A stretch of DNA of 64,000 bases from Candidatus Woesearchaeota archaeon. Its GTDB lineage: Archaea; Nanobdellota; Nanobdellia; Pacearchaeales; GW2011-AR1. Each line of letters begins with the position of its first letter. The stretch's first letter is position 1. Positions 1-9,533 of the stretch are shown piece by piece. The position numbers were made by a program, and so were the translations under genes. The stretch covers positions 2,762 through 66,761 of the forward strand of contig CAZNUV010000005.1 in NCBI GenBank assembly GCA_964576755.1. The letters run 5' to 3'. Below the pieces are notes generated by a model. That model was not told the origin of the DNA and ran no database searches. It saw only the letters and a list, made by a program, of their open reading frames with translations.

Positions 1-3
1 CTA

Positions 4-642
4 ATGAAACAAGAATCTTCAGATAATTTATTATTAACTTTTGCAGTTATTGCAGTTATTGTTTCAATATTGGGTGCAGGTGTTGCTTATAATTCTGTTT
101 CAAACTTTAGAAATTTAATTACTGGATTTGTAGTTAATACAACTACAGCTACTGTTAATGTTACTATTTCTTCTAATGTTTTGATTAATTTTACTACATA
201 TAATATTGATTTTGGTTCTGGAACTCCTGCACAGGCAGAGACTACAGAATTAATTTCTACTGGAGATAGTAATTCTCCTGCAGGTCTTGATTTTGACGAA
301 AATTCTGCAGGATTTGTTTTAGAGAATATGGGGAATGAAAATGGTTCATTATGGTTAAAAACAGATAAAACTGCTGCTACTTTATTGGGTGGAACAGGGA
401 CATTTAAATATAATGTTTCTGAAATAGAACCTGGAAGTTGTCCAAAACAAAATGTGACTTTTGGTCTTTGGTATGATGTAAACACTACTGGAGATGGAAC
501 TTTAATTTGTGCTAGATTCCCTTCTGGAGATGGGATGGATACCTTAAGAATTGATGTAAATTTAACATTCCCACCTACAACTACTTCTGGAGATAAAGGT
601 GCAATTTTTACAGCAAAGATAGATGACTCTAATGAAGAATAA
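4..642 (+). CDS. Hypothetical membrane-anchored or secreted protein
   Basis: Intact 212-aa ORF. N-terminal hydrophobic helix (LLLTFAVIAVIVSILGAGVAY) and a Thr/Asn-rich ectodomain with N-x-S/T sequons. First gene of a same-strand surface-protein cluster. No family recognised. Confidence 0.5.
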   Translation: MKQESSDNLLLTFAVIAVIVSILGAGVAYNSVSNFRNLITGFVVNTTTATVNVTISSNVLINFTTYNIDFGSGTPAQAETTELISTGDSNSPAGLDFDENSAGFVLENMGNENGSLWLKTDKTAATLLGGTGTFKYNVSEIEPGSCPKQNVTFGLWYDVNTTGDGTLICARFPSGDGMDTLRIDVNLTFPPTTTSGDKGAIFTAKIDDSNEE

Positions 643-692
643 GACTATTAATTTAACAAAAACTATAAAAACTAGTTCTTTATTTTTATAAT

Positions 693-1850
693 ATGGAAAA
701 GAGGAAAATAATTTATATTTATTTAATCGTGTTTATTTCTGTTTTCATATCAATCTCAAATGTTTTTGCATTTATTGGTGTTAGCCCTGGACATTATGAG
801 ATTGACTTTTCCCCAAACTATAAAGAAGAATTTAAATTTAAATTTATGACTAATTCAGACACTAAATTAGAAATATACATTGATGGAGATTTAGCAGAAT
901 ATGCTGATGTTGATAAAAAAATTTTAGATGAAGGTGGTGGAGAAATTACAGCTTATATAAAGTTACCTGAAGTAATAGAAAAACCCGGAACCCATAAAAT
1001 AGGATTTAATGCTCGTGTTTATTCTGGAGGAGGAAACATAAATGGTATTGGTATTGTTGGAGAAGTTAGAGGATATGTTTTAGTTAAAGTTCCTTATCCT
1101 GGAAAATATATTGAATCTAAATTACAAACAACAAATGCAAACATGGGCGAACCAGTTAATATTACTCTTTCATTAGAAAATAAAGGTAAAGAAGATTTAT
1201 GGGTTGATTCTTATTTAGAAATTTATAATGAAGAGAGGACCATTGAAAATATTTATCTTGGAAAAAATTTTATTGAATCAACAAAATCGTTAGAGATTCC
1301 TTATAGGTTAGATACAGAAAAGTATAAACCTGGAGATTATAATATTACTGCTAAAATTGATTTTGGAGGAGACTCTCCTCAAATGATTCCTGGAAAATTT
1401 AGACTAGGCCGATTATATGTTCAACTTGTAAACTATACTAGTGAATTTGAAAGAGATAAAATTAATAGGTTAGATATTCAGGTAGAAAGTTTTTGGAATG
1501 ATCCTATTAAAAATGTTTTTGCAGAAGTTCAAATTATAGATTATAGTATCAATATAAAAACCCCCTCTATTAGTTTAGATCCTTGGAAATTAGATATGTT
1601 GGTTGGTTTTTTTGATACTTCTACAATAAAAGAAGACGAATTTAGAGCAAATGTGACAATTCATTATGGAGAAGAAGGATCTAATTCTCAAATTATTAAT
1701 TTAAGATTAAAAAAGAAAGTAAATTATTTAATTATTAGTTTAATTGGCTCATTAGCTTTAATTATTATAATATTAATAAGTATTTTAATAATCTTAGTAA
1801 TTAAAACAAAAAATTCTAAAAAATATGGTATCGAAGAAAAGAAGAAATAA
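693..1850 (+). CDS. Surface protein with signal peptide, beta-sandwich-like repeats and a C-terminal TM anchor
   Basis: 385-aa ORF. N-terminal signal-like helix (IYIYLIVFISVFISISNVFA), C-terminal TM (LIISLIGSLALIIIILISILIILVI) and a basic tail. Architecture is typical of archaeal cell-surface proteins. The family call is only an inference. Confidence 0.55.
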   Translation: MEKRKIIYIYLIVFISVFISISNVFAFIGVSPGHYEIDFSPNYKEEFKFKFMTNSDTKLEIYIDGDLAEYADVDKKILDEGGGEITAYIKLPEVIEKPGTHKIGFNARVYSGGGNINGIGIVGEVRGYVLVKVPYPGKYIESKLQTTNANMGEPVNITLSLENKGKEDLWVDSYLEIYNEERTIENIYLGKNFIESTKSLEIPYRLDTEKYKPGDYNITAKIDFGGDSPQMIPGKFRLGRLYVQLVNYTSEFERDKINRLDIQVESFWNDPIKNVFAEVQIIDYSINIKTPSISLDPWKLDMLVGFFDTSTIKEDEFRANVTIHYGEEGSNSQIINLRLKKKVNYLIISLIGSLALIIIILISILIILVIKTKNSKKYGIEEKKK

Positions 1851-2289
1851 AAAAACACATAAAAAAACACATAAACCTAATTGGTTTACTTATTCAGTAT
1901 ACATGTTAGTATTAATTTTATTTATATTTAGTATAATAAATATTATCTACTTTTTCCAAAAACCCTTAGAAGTGAATGAAATTGATGTTAAATTTGAAGT
2001 AAGTGATAGGGCTGCATTTGATTTAAACAAGTCTATTTTAACTTTTGGGAAAATAAGTTATGGGAATGTTATGGTAAGAGAGATTAATATTACAAATGAT
2101 TATGATTTTCCAATTAAAATTAATGTTTTAATAACTGAAAACCTTCAAGATTTTATCTTTTCAGAATCAGAATATTTTCTAAATTCTAGTGAATCTCTTT
2201 TGATTCCATTTACTGCAACAATTCCTAAGGATACAGAATTTGGAAATTATACTGGAAAAATTAAACTAGAAATAAGGAAGAGAATTTAA
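1825..2289 (+). CDS. Small membrane-anchored protein
   Basis: 154-aa ORF that overlaps the previous gene by 26 nt. Basic N-terminus followed by a TM helix (YSVYMLVLILFIFSIINIIYFF). Same strand as the cluster. Confidence 0.45.
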   Translation: MVSKKRRNKKTHKKTHKPNWFTYSVYMLVLILFIFSIINIIYFFQKPLEVNEIDVKFEVSDRAAFDLNKSILTFGKISYGNVMVREINITNDYDFPIKINVLITENLQDFIFSESEYFLNSSESLLIPFTATIPKDTEFGNYTGKIKLEIRKRI

Positions 2290-2329
2290 TAAAAGCAATA
2301 TTTTTATAGGTATTATCACTGTTTATTTT

Positions 2330-4333
2330 ATGAAAAGAATTATCTTGTTTATATTGTTCCTTCTTTTGATTACATTTAATTTTACAACTGTTTTTTTAAA
2401 TTTAAGTTATGAGAAAAATATTCTCTTTACAGGTAGAGCATCTACAGGAGCAATAACTTTTACAATTATTGGAGAAGAAGATATTACAATTATTAGTCCA
2501 TTAAATACTACCTACAGTTTTGGATTAAGTTTAGGGCCCTATCCATTGGAATTAAATGTTACAAATAATACATTCTTGCCAGAATCATGGTGGTATTCTT
2601 TATGGGATATGAAACATACCGAATTAAGCGTGAATAATCAAACATTTTCTCCAGATACAATGATAAATGCAACAAGGTGGGATAATAAATTATATGTTTA
2701 TGCAAACAATTCTTCTGGATCGGTTTTTAGTAATTATGTTTCTTTTTATATTGATGTTGGAAATCATGCTCCAGTTATTGAAGGAGACACATTAAATCAA
2801 ACAATCTATGTGTGTGAAGACGATTATCTAAGATACTTTTTTAATGCAACAGATATTGATGAAGAAGTATTGACTCCTTCTCTTTCAGATTATGCTCCAT
2901 TTTATATTGAAAGGAAGAATCCTGCAGTTAATTGGACTGCTTGGATGTTTGAAATTTATTCAGGTATTATTTATAACAATCTGCTTAGTGAAGCAAACAA
3001 AGATTCATTTGGAAATTGGTGGATTTATCCAGAAACTGTAGGGGTTACTGATTCTGGGGCATTATCAGACACTAAAGAGATAAATATAACTATTATTGAA
3101 AGGAATGATGCACCAATCATTCAAACAATTGGTGTTCAAACAATATGGGTCCAAGGAATTGGTACTCATTTTTATAAACAAGTTCAGATAACTGAAGAAG
3201 AGGGTGGCATTGTAAACTATAATCTTAGTTTTTCTGGACCAGAACTTTTTGAAATCAGTTCTAGCGGGCTTATGGATTTCACAGCAGATGAAAGTTATTT
3301 GAATAATGGTAATCCAGTAACTTATGATTTAACTGTTTGTGTAAATGATACTGGATTAGATTACCCCCATGAATATATTGATACATACTGTTTTCAAGAT
3401 GGAAGTTCTCAATATGATTGTGAAACTTTTGGATTAACTATAACCAATGATAATAGAAATGTATCAATTATTGGTTATTCTCCCACAGAGTTATTTTTTA
3501 ATTTAGTCGGAACAGAACAATTATTTTTTGAGGTAATTGGATATGATCCTGATGGAACAATTCCAGATGCTTATTGGTATTTAGATGATGTTCTTTTAGA
3601 ATATGATTCTGGAAGTTCTATTAATAATTTGTCCTATTCTTTTGCTTGTGGAATTGCAAGCGGGAATCATACATTTAAGGCAGAGATTACTGATGGTTTA
3701 TCAAATGATTCTGTTGAATGGATTGTAAATCACACTTCAACTTCATGCCCATTACCTCCTACTCCTGGAGGCGGAGGTGGAGGTGGAGGTATTGTTTGTA
3801 CTGAAAAGTGGGCATGTGAAGAATGGAAAAAATGTAAATTCTTAAAAGATTCTTATTTAGATAGTATTGGAGAACAAGATTATCTGTTATTACAACAATC
3901 TTGTTCTGATTTAGGTTACCCTGTTTGTGGATATCAAAAAAGAGATTGTATTGATTTAAATAATTGTAGTAATCAAATACCACGAATTCCAAAACCAGAT
4001 GATTTAATTTCTTGTTATTACACTGATAATCCGGATTGTTCAGATGGTATTAAAAATTGTCATCATGGTTCTTGTGAACTAGGTATAGACTGTGGTGGTT
4101 TTTGTGATCCTTGTCCTACTTGTTCAGATGGTATTCAAAATCAAGGTGAAAAGGGAATTGATTGTGAAGGTCCCTGTTCAAAAATTTGTCCACCTGAATT
4201 TCCTTTAAAAACATCTTCAATTATAATTTATCTGTTAATATTGTTAATTATCTTAATTCTAGTTTTAATATTGTTTAGAATATTCTTATTAGTTAAAAGA
4301 AGAAAGAAATCAAAAAGAGAGGGCCACAGGTAA
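2330..4333 (+). CDS. Large surface protein: signal peptide, repeated beta-rich domains, poly-Gly hinge, Cys-rich C-terminal modules, TM anchor
   Basis: 667-aa ORF with many N-x-S/T sequons. Hinge is PPTPGGGGGGGG. Cys-rich modules follow (CTEKWACEEWKKC...RDCIDLNNC, and twice CSDGI(K/Q)N...GIDC(G/E)G.C). C-terminal TM plus KRRKK tail. Confidence 0.6.
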   Translation: MKRIILFILFLLLITFNFTTVFLNLSYEKNILFTGRASTGAITFTIIGEEDITIISPLNTTYSFGLSLGPYPLELNVTNNTFLPESWWYSLWDMKHTELSVNNQTFSPDTMINATRWDNKLYVYANNSSGSVFSNYVSFYIDVGNHAPVIEGDTLNQTIYVCEDDYLRYFFNATDIDEEVLTPSLSDYAPFYIERKNPAVNWTAWMFEIYSGIIYNNLLSEANKDSFGNWWIYPETVGVTDSGALSDTKEINITIIERNDAPIIQTIGVQTIWVQGIGTHFYKQVQITEEEGGIVNYNLSFSGPELFEISSSGLMDFTADESYLNNGNPVTYDLTVCVNDTGLDYPHEYIDTYCFQDGSSQYDCETFGLTITNDNRNVSIIGYSPTELFFNLVGTEQLFFEVIGYDPDGTIPDAYWYLDDVLLEYDSGSSINNLSYSFACGIASGNHTFKAEITDGLSNDSVEWIVNHTSTSCPLPPTPGGGGGGGGIVCTEKWACEEWKKCKFLKDSYLDSIGEQDYLLLQQSCSDLGYPVCGYQKRDCIDLNNCSNQIPRIPKPDDLISCYYTDNPDCSDGIKNCHHGSCELGIDCGGFCDPCPTCSDGIQNQGEKGIDCEGPCSKICPPEFPLKTSSIIIYLLILLIILILVLILFRIFLLVKRRKKSKREGHR

Positions 4334-4382
4334 TATTTAAATAGTTACTTTTAGTTATTAAAAATAACTTAAAGTAACCAAA

Positions 4383-4556
4383 ATGACTAGTAAATCAAAG
4401 AAAAAAGATTCTGTTGTTAAGATAGACACAGAGGTTTTGAAGAAAATCGATGAATTTATCAAAAGAGAAGAGAATAGATTGAATTTTGTAAACAAAAAAC
4501 ATTTTGTTGATGTAGTGGTTTCAGAATATTTAAAAAAACAGGAGACTAAAAAATAA
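4383..4556 (+). CDS. Small (57 aa) possible ribbon-helix-helix-like protein, translationally coupled to the giant surface gene
   Basis: ATG at 4383 and TAA at 4554-4556, overlapping the ATG of the next gene (TAATG). Too short for the ORF track. The sequence VKIDTEVLKKIDEFIKREENRLNFVNKKHFVDVVVSEYLKK has a strand-helix-helix look. Assignment is tentative. Confidence 0.35.
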   Translation: MTSKSKKKDSVVKIDTEVLKKIDEFIKREENRLNFVNKKHFVDVVVSEYLKKQETKK

Positions 4557-7500
4557 TGATGGGCAAGAAGAGGGATAATAGTAAATTGGTAATTTTTATA
4601 ATTTTTATAATTAGTATTGTCCTTGTAAGTTTTTTAGTTTTAAGTTTATCTAATGATGTTGTTTGGATAGGGAATACTTTAAATTATAGTTCTATAGAAG
4701 ACACAGAGTTCTTACATAATTTTAGTGCAAACATAACTGGAACCGGATCAAATATAACTTTTTCTATTTCAGAAGGGGGAGGAAATAATGTTGAATGGAA
4801 TGGGGCAGTTGTTGATTATAGTGATATTTTTTCTTGGATTTTTATTTCAAATGCTTCTATTGGAAACTTAAGTATAAATGTAGTCAATGATAGTCAGACT
4901 GGGAAATTTTCTCTTCCTGTTAAGGTTGCTTGGACAAATACAAGTGAATCTCCTCCAAATAACAATTACGGAAGTGTTGTGGCTTTTACGTTTATAGTTA
5001 ATGCAACTAATGATGCGCCTAATTTTACAATAATTAATAATAGCTATAATCTCAGTGAAAATGAAGATTTTATTGCATATATTAATGCTAGTGATGAGGA
5101 GGAACATTACCCCCTAATTTTTAATATCACTTGGGAAGATACATGTATTCATGCTTCTTGGAGTACTAGAACTAATTGTAGTTTATTTGAGGCTTTTAAT
5201 TATTCAGATATTTCTACATTATTAAACTATACCCCTACAAATAATGATGTAGGAGTTTATTCTGCAAACATTTCGGTTATGGATTTTGGAAATAGCACTA
5301 GTTATGGTTGTCCACATGAGTATTGTGATGAAGCAACATATAACTTAAACAAAACTACTTATCATTCTCAACTAATTGAATTTAATATTCTTTCTTCTTT
5401 ATCTATAAATATTTCTAATTGTACAGGCCTTACATTATTTGAAGGTTCTGAATTTACTTGTAATATCAACATTACTACTCAAGGAGAAACAGACACAATT
5501 AATGTTTCTACATTGGCTTCTATTAGAAATTATGATGCTGGATATATCTCCAACTTAAGTTGGTTTCATGCAAATAGTTCTGAAACTGCAGATAATTTTT
5601 CAAAAACAGTATTAATTAATATAACTCCTCAAAATACTGAGGTTGGAAATTGGAGTATTAATTTTTCAACAATTGATATAAACTCTGGGGAGATTACAAG
5701 TGAGTTAATTTATCTTTATGTCAACCAAACAACTTCGTCTAGTCCAATTTTAGATGTGACTTATTTGACAAATAATCAAACTTCAGTTAATACTAACCCT
5801 GTAATTAATATTAGTGTTCAAGATAATGATTTTTTGATTCCAGATAAAGTGGACTCGTTTAATGAAACTCTTGTTTTCAATGTTCAGGTCTTGAATCGTT
5901 CTGATTTAAGCCAAGAATTATCTATAACTGGTTTTGATGTAGATATACTGCATATGCCGGTTGTAGAAAGTAACCATTTAACAAATCAAACTACTGCAAA
6001 AATTGATTTTACACCTCTAATAGGGGATGTAGGGGAATATACTATCAATTTAAGTGTAAGTGATAATTCTACTAATTTAGACCTTGATATGTTCAATTTG
6101 ACCATAGTTTCAAATAATTATCCTGATTGGAATCAAACAAATTATACATTCTATTTAACTGTTAATTCAACTTTATCAACAACAGAATCTCTTGAAGAAA
6201 TCTATGGGGTTATAAATTTGAGTGATACTTGGACTAATGATTCTGATGGAAATACCTTGACATTTACAAATTCTACAAGTGCTTTTCAGAGATTTAGTCT
6301 TTCAACAGGGGGAATACTTAATTTTACCCCATACAAGGAAGATGTTGGTTATTGGAATGTAAATATTACTGCAGATGATGGGTACTTAACAAATACCACT
6401 GAATTTTTCTTTAATATTTCAAATGTAAATTCTAATCCATTTATAGATAATTCCACTTTGTTAACAAATTCAAATGCTTCAGCGAGTGGCCTTGCTATAA
6501 TAACTCAAGAGGATAATTATACTCAAATTCTGATTAGTATATATGACGAAGATTTTAAAATAACAACCGCTCAAAAAGGAGTTTATAATGAATCTCTTGT
6601 TCCTACAACAATAATTGAAGGGATAAATTCTAGTTTGTTTGAATTTGAATTAATTACTTTACCTACACCATCATATCCAAATAAGACTATTTACCAAGCG
6701 TTGTTTACTCCTAGAAAAGATGATGTGGGCCTTTATAATGTAACTTTAAACATTACTGATAATTCTTCTGTGGTGGATTCATTTGTATTTAATATTACTA
6801 TAATTTCTTTAGACCATAATCCTGTTCTAGACAGTTCTATAAATCAAACTTCTGCAATAAACCAGAGTTTGTATTATCGAATTAATGCAACAGATATAGA
6901 GGATGGGAATACTACAATTAATGGGGGAAATACAAATTTTACATTTAATTATTCTATGTTATCTGGAACAAATTTATTTAATTCTACGACATTTAATTCC
7001 ACCACTGGAGAATTCAATATCACATTTAATGATTCACAATTTGGAACATATCACATTAATGTAACTGTAAATGATTCGGGAGGGTTAGAAGATTCTACTG
7101 ATTTTTGGATAAATGTTTATGGATTTCCTACAATAAATAGTCCGGGCATAGGCTATGATTTTAATTTAACAGAAAATGTTACATCTAATCTAAAATTTAC
7201 AGTGAACCATTCTGTTCAAGATAATCTTACTTATCTTTTTTATACAAATGATATTTTAAGATATAACCTTTCTTATTATGGGAATAATACTAATTTAACT
7301 TGGCAGTTTACTCCGAATTTTACTGAAGAAACTTATGGTAATTTAATAAATTTAACCCTGGTTGTTTTTCCCTCAAATTCTGATTTAGAAAACATGTCTA
7401 ATTTTAATATTACTCAAAGTTGGAGTTTAAATATAAGCCATTCAAATTATCCGATTAATTTTACTAGTTTTATTGGGAGTCAGTCTGCTAATTCTGACCA

Positions 7501-8500
7501 GTATATTATCTTAAATTTAACAGAATATTTTTTAGATATAGACTATCTTGATTATATATATAATCAAACAGTCAATTTTACTATTGTTAGTAATGCTAGC
7601 CCTAGTTATATTGCTCCATATTCTTTAGCTTATCCTAATTGGACCTTGGCATTTACTTCTCCGAGTGCGGTTTCAGAATTAATAACTATCAATGCAGTGG
7701 ATATTAATCTTACTAATTCATCACATAACCTCACCAATGTTTCCAGTAATCAATTTAGAATTACTTTTACAACACCTTCGACAACTCCTGTTCCAACCTC
7801 TGGAGGCGGAGGGGGTACTATTGTTAAACCAGTTATCATCCGAATTGTGTTTCCAGATGATATTATCATTACAGATAATTCTTGGATTACAGTTCCGTTC
7901 CAAATCAAAAATATGGGTACTTATGATTTAAAAGAAATTCTTCTCAGTAGTCGAGTATCCTATAATAATGTGGAGATAGAGGATATAAAAACCAATATGC
8001 AAGTAGAATCTATAGACTTATTAAAACAAGGAGAGTATAGGAATCTAAGCTTATTTGTTAAGGCAGATACTTCTCGTTCTGGAAAGTATAAGATTACTGT
8101 TTATGCAAATGTAACTTCTCCTAAATTTGAAGATTGGGGGGATTTCTATATTGATTTAAGACTAAGTCCTGAAACTGAAGCAGAAAAATTATTAATATTT
8201 ACAGAGAAATTAATCTCAGAAAATCCTGAATGTTTAGAACTAACAGAACTAGTTAGAGAAGCAGAAAGTCTTTTTGAAGAAGGATTCTATACTGAAGCTA
8301 GTGCAAAAGCTGAAGAAGCTGTTGATGCATGTGAAATAGCAATTTCTAAAAATATTCAAAGGACATATTCAAGAGAGGATATACAAGAAAATGCATATAA
8401 GGTTTCGATTGCAACAGTTGCAATTCTTATTGCAGGAATGGCTATTTATTTTTATAAAAGAGTAAAGTTTAATAAATCAAAAAAAGATGAATATATATAA
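4556..8500 (+). CDS. Giant (1314 aa) Asn/Thr/Ser-rich surface protein with C-terminal TM anchor
   Basis: Uninterrupted 3.9-kb ORF. N-terminal TM/signal (LVIFIIFIISIVLVSFLVLSL). Dozens of N-x-S/T sequons across repeated ~100-aa segments. Hinge TPVPTSGGGGG, then a beta-sandwich-like domain, a helical region and a TM (VSIATVAILIAGMAIYFY). Confidence 0.65.
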   Translation: MMGKKRDNSKLVIFIIFIISIVLVSFLVLSLSNDVVWIGNTLNYSSIEDTEFLHNFSANITGTGSNITFSISEGGGNNVEWNGAVVDYSDIFSWIFISNASIGNLSINVVNDSQTGKFSLPVKVAWTNTSESPPNNNYGSVVAFTFIVNATNDAPNFTIINNSYNLSENEDFIAYINASDEEEHYPLIFNITWEDTCIHASWSTRTNCSLFEAFNYSDISTLLNYTPTNNDVGVYSANISVMDFGNSTSYGCPHEYCDEATYNLNKTTYHSQLIEFNILSSLSINISNCTGLTLFEGSEFTCNINITTQGETDTINVSTLASIRNYDAGYISNLSWFHANSSETADNFSKTVLINITPQNTEVGNWSINFSTIDINSGEITSELIYLYVNQTTSSSPILDVTYLTNNQTSVNTNPVINISVQDNDFLIPDKVDSFNETLVFNVQVLNRSDLSQELSITGFDVDILHMPVVESNHLTNQTTAKIDFTPLIGDVGEYTINLSVSDNSTNLDLDMFNLTIVSNNYPDWNQTNYTFYLTVNSTLSTTESLEEIYGVINLSDTWTNDSDGNTLTFTNSTSAFQRFSLSTGGILNFTPYKEDVGYWNVNITADDGYLTNTTEFFFNISNVNSNPFIDNSTLLTNSNASASGLAIITQEDNYTQILISIYDEDFKITTAQKGVYNESLVPTTIIEGINSSLFEFELITLPTPSYPNKTIYQALFTPRKDDVGLYNVTLNITDNSSVVDSFVFNITIISLDHNPVLDSSINQTSAINQSLYYRINATDIEDGNTTINGGNTNFTFNYSMLSGTNLFNSTTFNSTTGEFNITFNDSQFGTYHINVTVNDSGGLEDSTDFWINVYGFPTINSPGIGYDFNLTENVTSNLKFTVNHSVQDNLTYLFYTNDILRYNLSYYGNNTNLTWQFTPNFTEETYGNLINLTLVVFPSNSDLENMSNFNITQSWSLNISHSNYPINFTSFIGSQSANSDQYIILNLTEYFLDIDYLDYIYNQTVNFTIVSNASPSYIAPYSLAYPNWTLAFTSPSAVSELITINAVDINLTNSSHNLTNVSSNQFRITFTTPSTTPVPTSGGGGGTIVKPVIIRIVFPDDIIITDNSWITVPFQIKNMGTYDLKEILLSSRVSYNNVEIEDIKTNMQVESIDLLKQGEYRNLSLFVKADTSRSGKYKITVYANVTSPKFEDWGDFYIDLRLSPETEAEKLLIFTEKLISENPECLELTELVREAESLFEEGFYTEASAKAEEAVDACEIAISKNIQRTYSREDIQENAYKVSIATVAILIAGMAIYFYKRVKFNKSKKDEYI

Positions 8501-8512
8501 TCGAGGTGAAAA

Positions 8513-9529
8513 ATGAAAAAGGAAAAGAAAGTTTTACATAAACATAAAAATAAATATTCTAAAGGACCATCTAAAAATTATTCAGATATACAAAAAATCA
8601 TAAAAGAATTAGAAGAAGAAATGTCTAAGATTATTGTTGGGCAAAAAGATATTATCCATGGATTGATTAGGGCCATTTTATGCAATGGTCACGTTCTTGT
8701 AGAAGGTGTTCCAGGTATTGCTAAAACATTAATAATTAGAGCTATGGCAAGAGTTCTTGGTTGTGATATGAAAAGAATTCAATTTACTGTAGATTTACTA
8801 CCTACAGATATTACTGGAATTACTACCTACATTCCAAAGAAAGGATTTGATGTTATCAAGGGTCCAATTTTTGCTAATTTTATTATTGCTGATGAAATAA
8901 ATAGAAGCCCTCCTAAAACTCAATCTGCTTTATTAGAAGCTATGCAGGAAAATTCAGTAACTATTTCTAAAAAAACATATTCCCTGCCCCTTCCATTCTT
9001 TGTAATGGCCACACAAAATCCTATTGAAACCACTGGAGTTTATAATCTCCCTGAAGCACAAGTTGATAGATTTTTGTTTAAGTTAATTGTAGAATATCCC
9101 AATTTTGAAGAAGAAAAATATATCTTGAATCAGAATGTAACTATACGAAAATTTGATAGTTTTCATTTAAAACAGATTTTAGACCCAGAGACTATAATCT
9201 CATTTCAAGAAAAGGTTAAGGAAATTTATACTTCTGAAACAATAAAAGAATATATTGTTAAAATTGTAGATGAAACAAGAAATAAAGATTTTGAAAAAGC
9301 GAGTTATATCTCTTATGGTGCTAGTCCAAGAGCCTCAATTGCAATTTATATTGCTTCAAAAGCGGAAGCATTGATGAATGGAAGAGATTATGTAATTCCT
9401 AGTGATGTCATGACTGTTACATATCCTGTTTTAAGACATAGAATTATTTTAAACTATGAGGCTGAAGCTGAGAAGGTTTCTACAGATCATATTATCAAAC
9501 ATATTCTAGATAAAATTAAAATACCTTAA
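8513..9529 (+). CDS. moxR: MoxR-family AAA+ ATPase
   Basis: Walker A VEGVPGIAKT, Walker B IIADEINR, and the MoxR-typical PKTQSALLEAMQE and ATQNPIE...LPEAQVDRF motifs. GAGGTGA Shine-Dalgarno upstream. Confidence 0.9.
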   Translation: MKKEKKVLHKHKNKYSKGPSKNYSDIQKIIKELEEEMSKIIVGQKDIIHGLIRAILCNGHVLVEGVPGIAKTLIIRAMARVLGCDMKRIQFTVDLLPTDITGITTYIPKKGFDVIKGPIFANFIIADEINRSPPKTQSALLEAMQENSVTISKKTYSLPLPFFVMATQNPIETTGVYNLPEAQVDRFLFKLIVEYPNFEEEKYILNQNVTIRKFDSFHLKQILDPETIISFQEKVKEIYTSETIKEYIVKIVDETRNKDFEKASYISYGASPRASIAIYIASKAEALMNGRDYVIPSDVMTVTYPVLRHRIILNYEAEAEKVSTDHIIKHILDKIKIP

Positions 9530-9533
9530 TCAA

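Noticed and set aside
87-485. A 132-aa antisense ORF inside the first gene. Similar nested or antisense ORFs occur at 3759..3992, 4868..5107, 7692..7931, 7721..7903, 11433..11630, 13967..14311, 17562..17759, 20020..20214, 29716..29934, 30801..30992, 33855..34067, 39261..39491, 39265..39477, 42786..43031, 43863..44054, 46434..46765, 49662..49868, 50083..50400, 51173..51553, 52372..53023, 55292..55480 and 58261..58446.
   Set aside because: All are embedded in, or antisense to, longer ORFs with recognisable products or coherent surface-protein architecture. Their translations are low-complexity or Leu/Ile/Phe-rich shadows of the opposite strand.
3767-3790. The ggaggcggaggtggaggtggaggt microsatellite-like run, with a similar one at 7801-7815.
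   Set aside because: It is in-frame coding sequence for poly-Gly hinges, so it is reported as a protein feature rather than a DNA repeat element.
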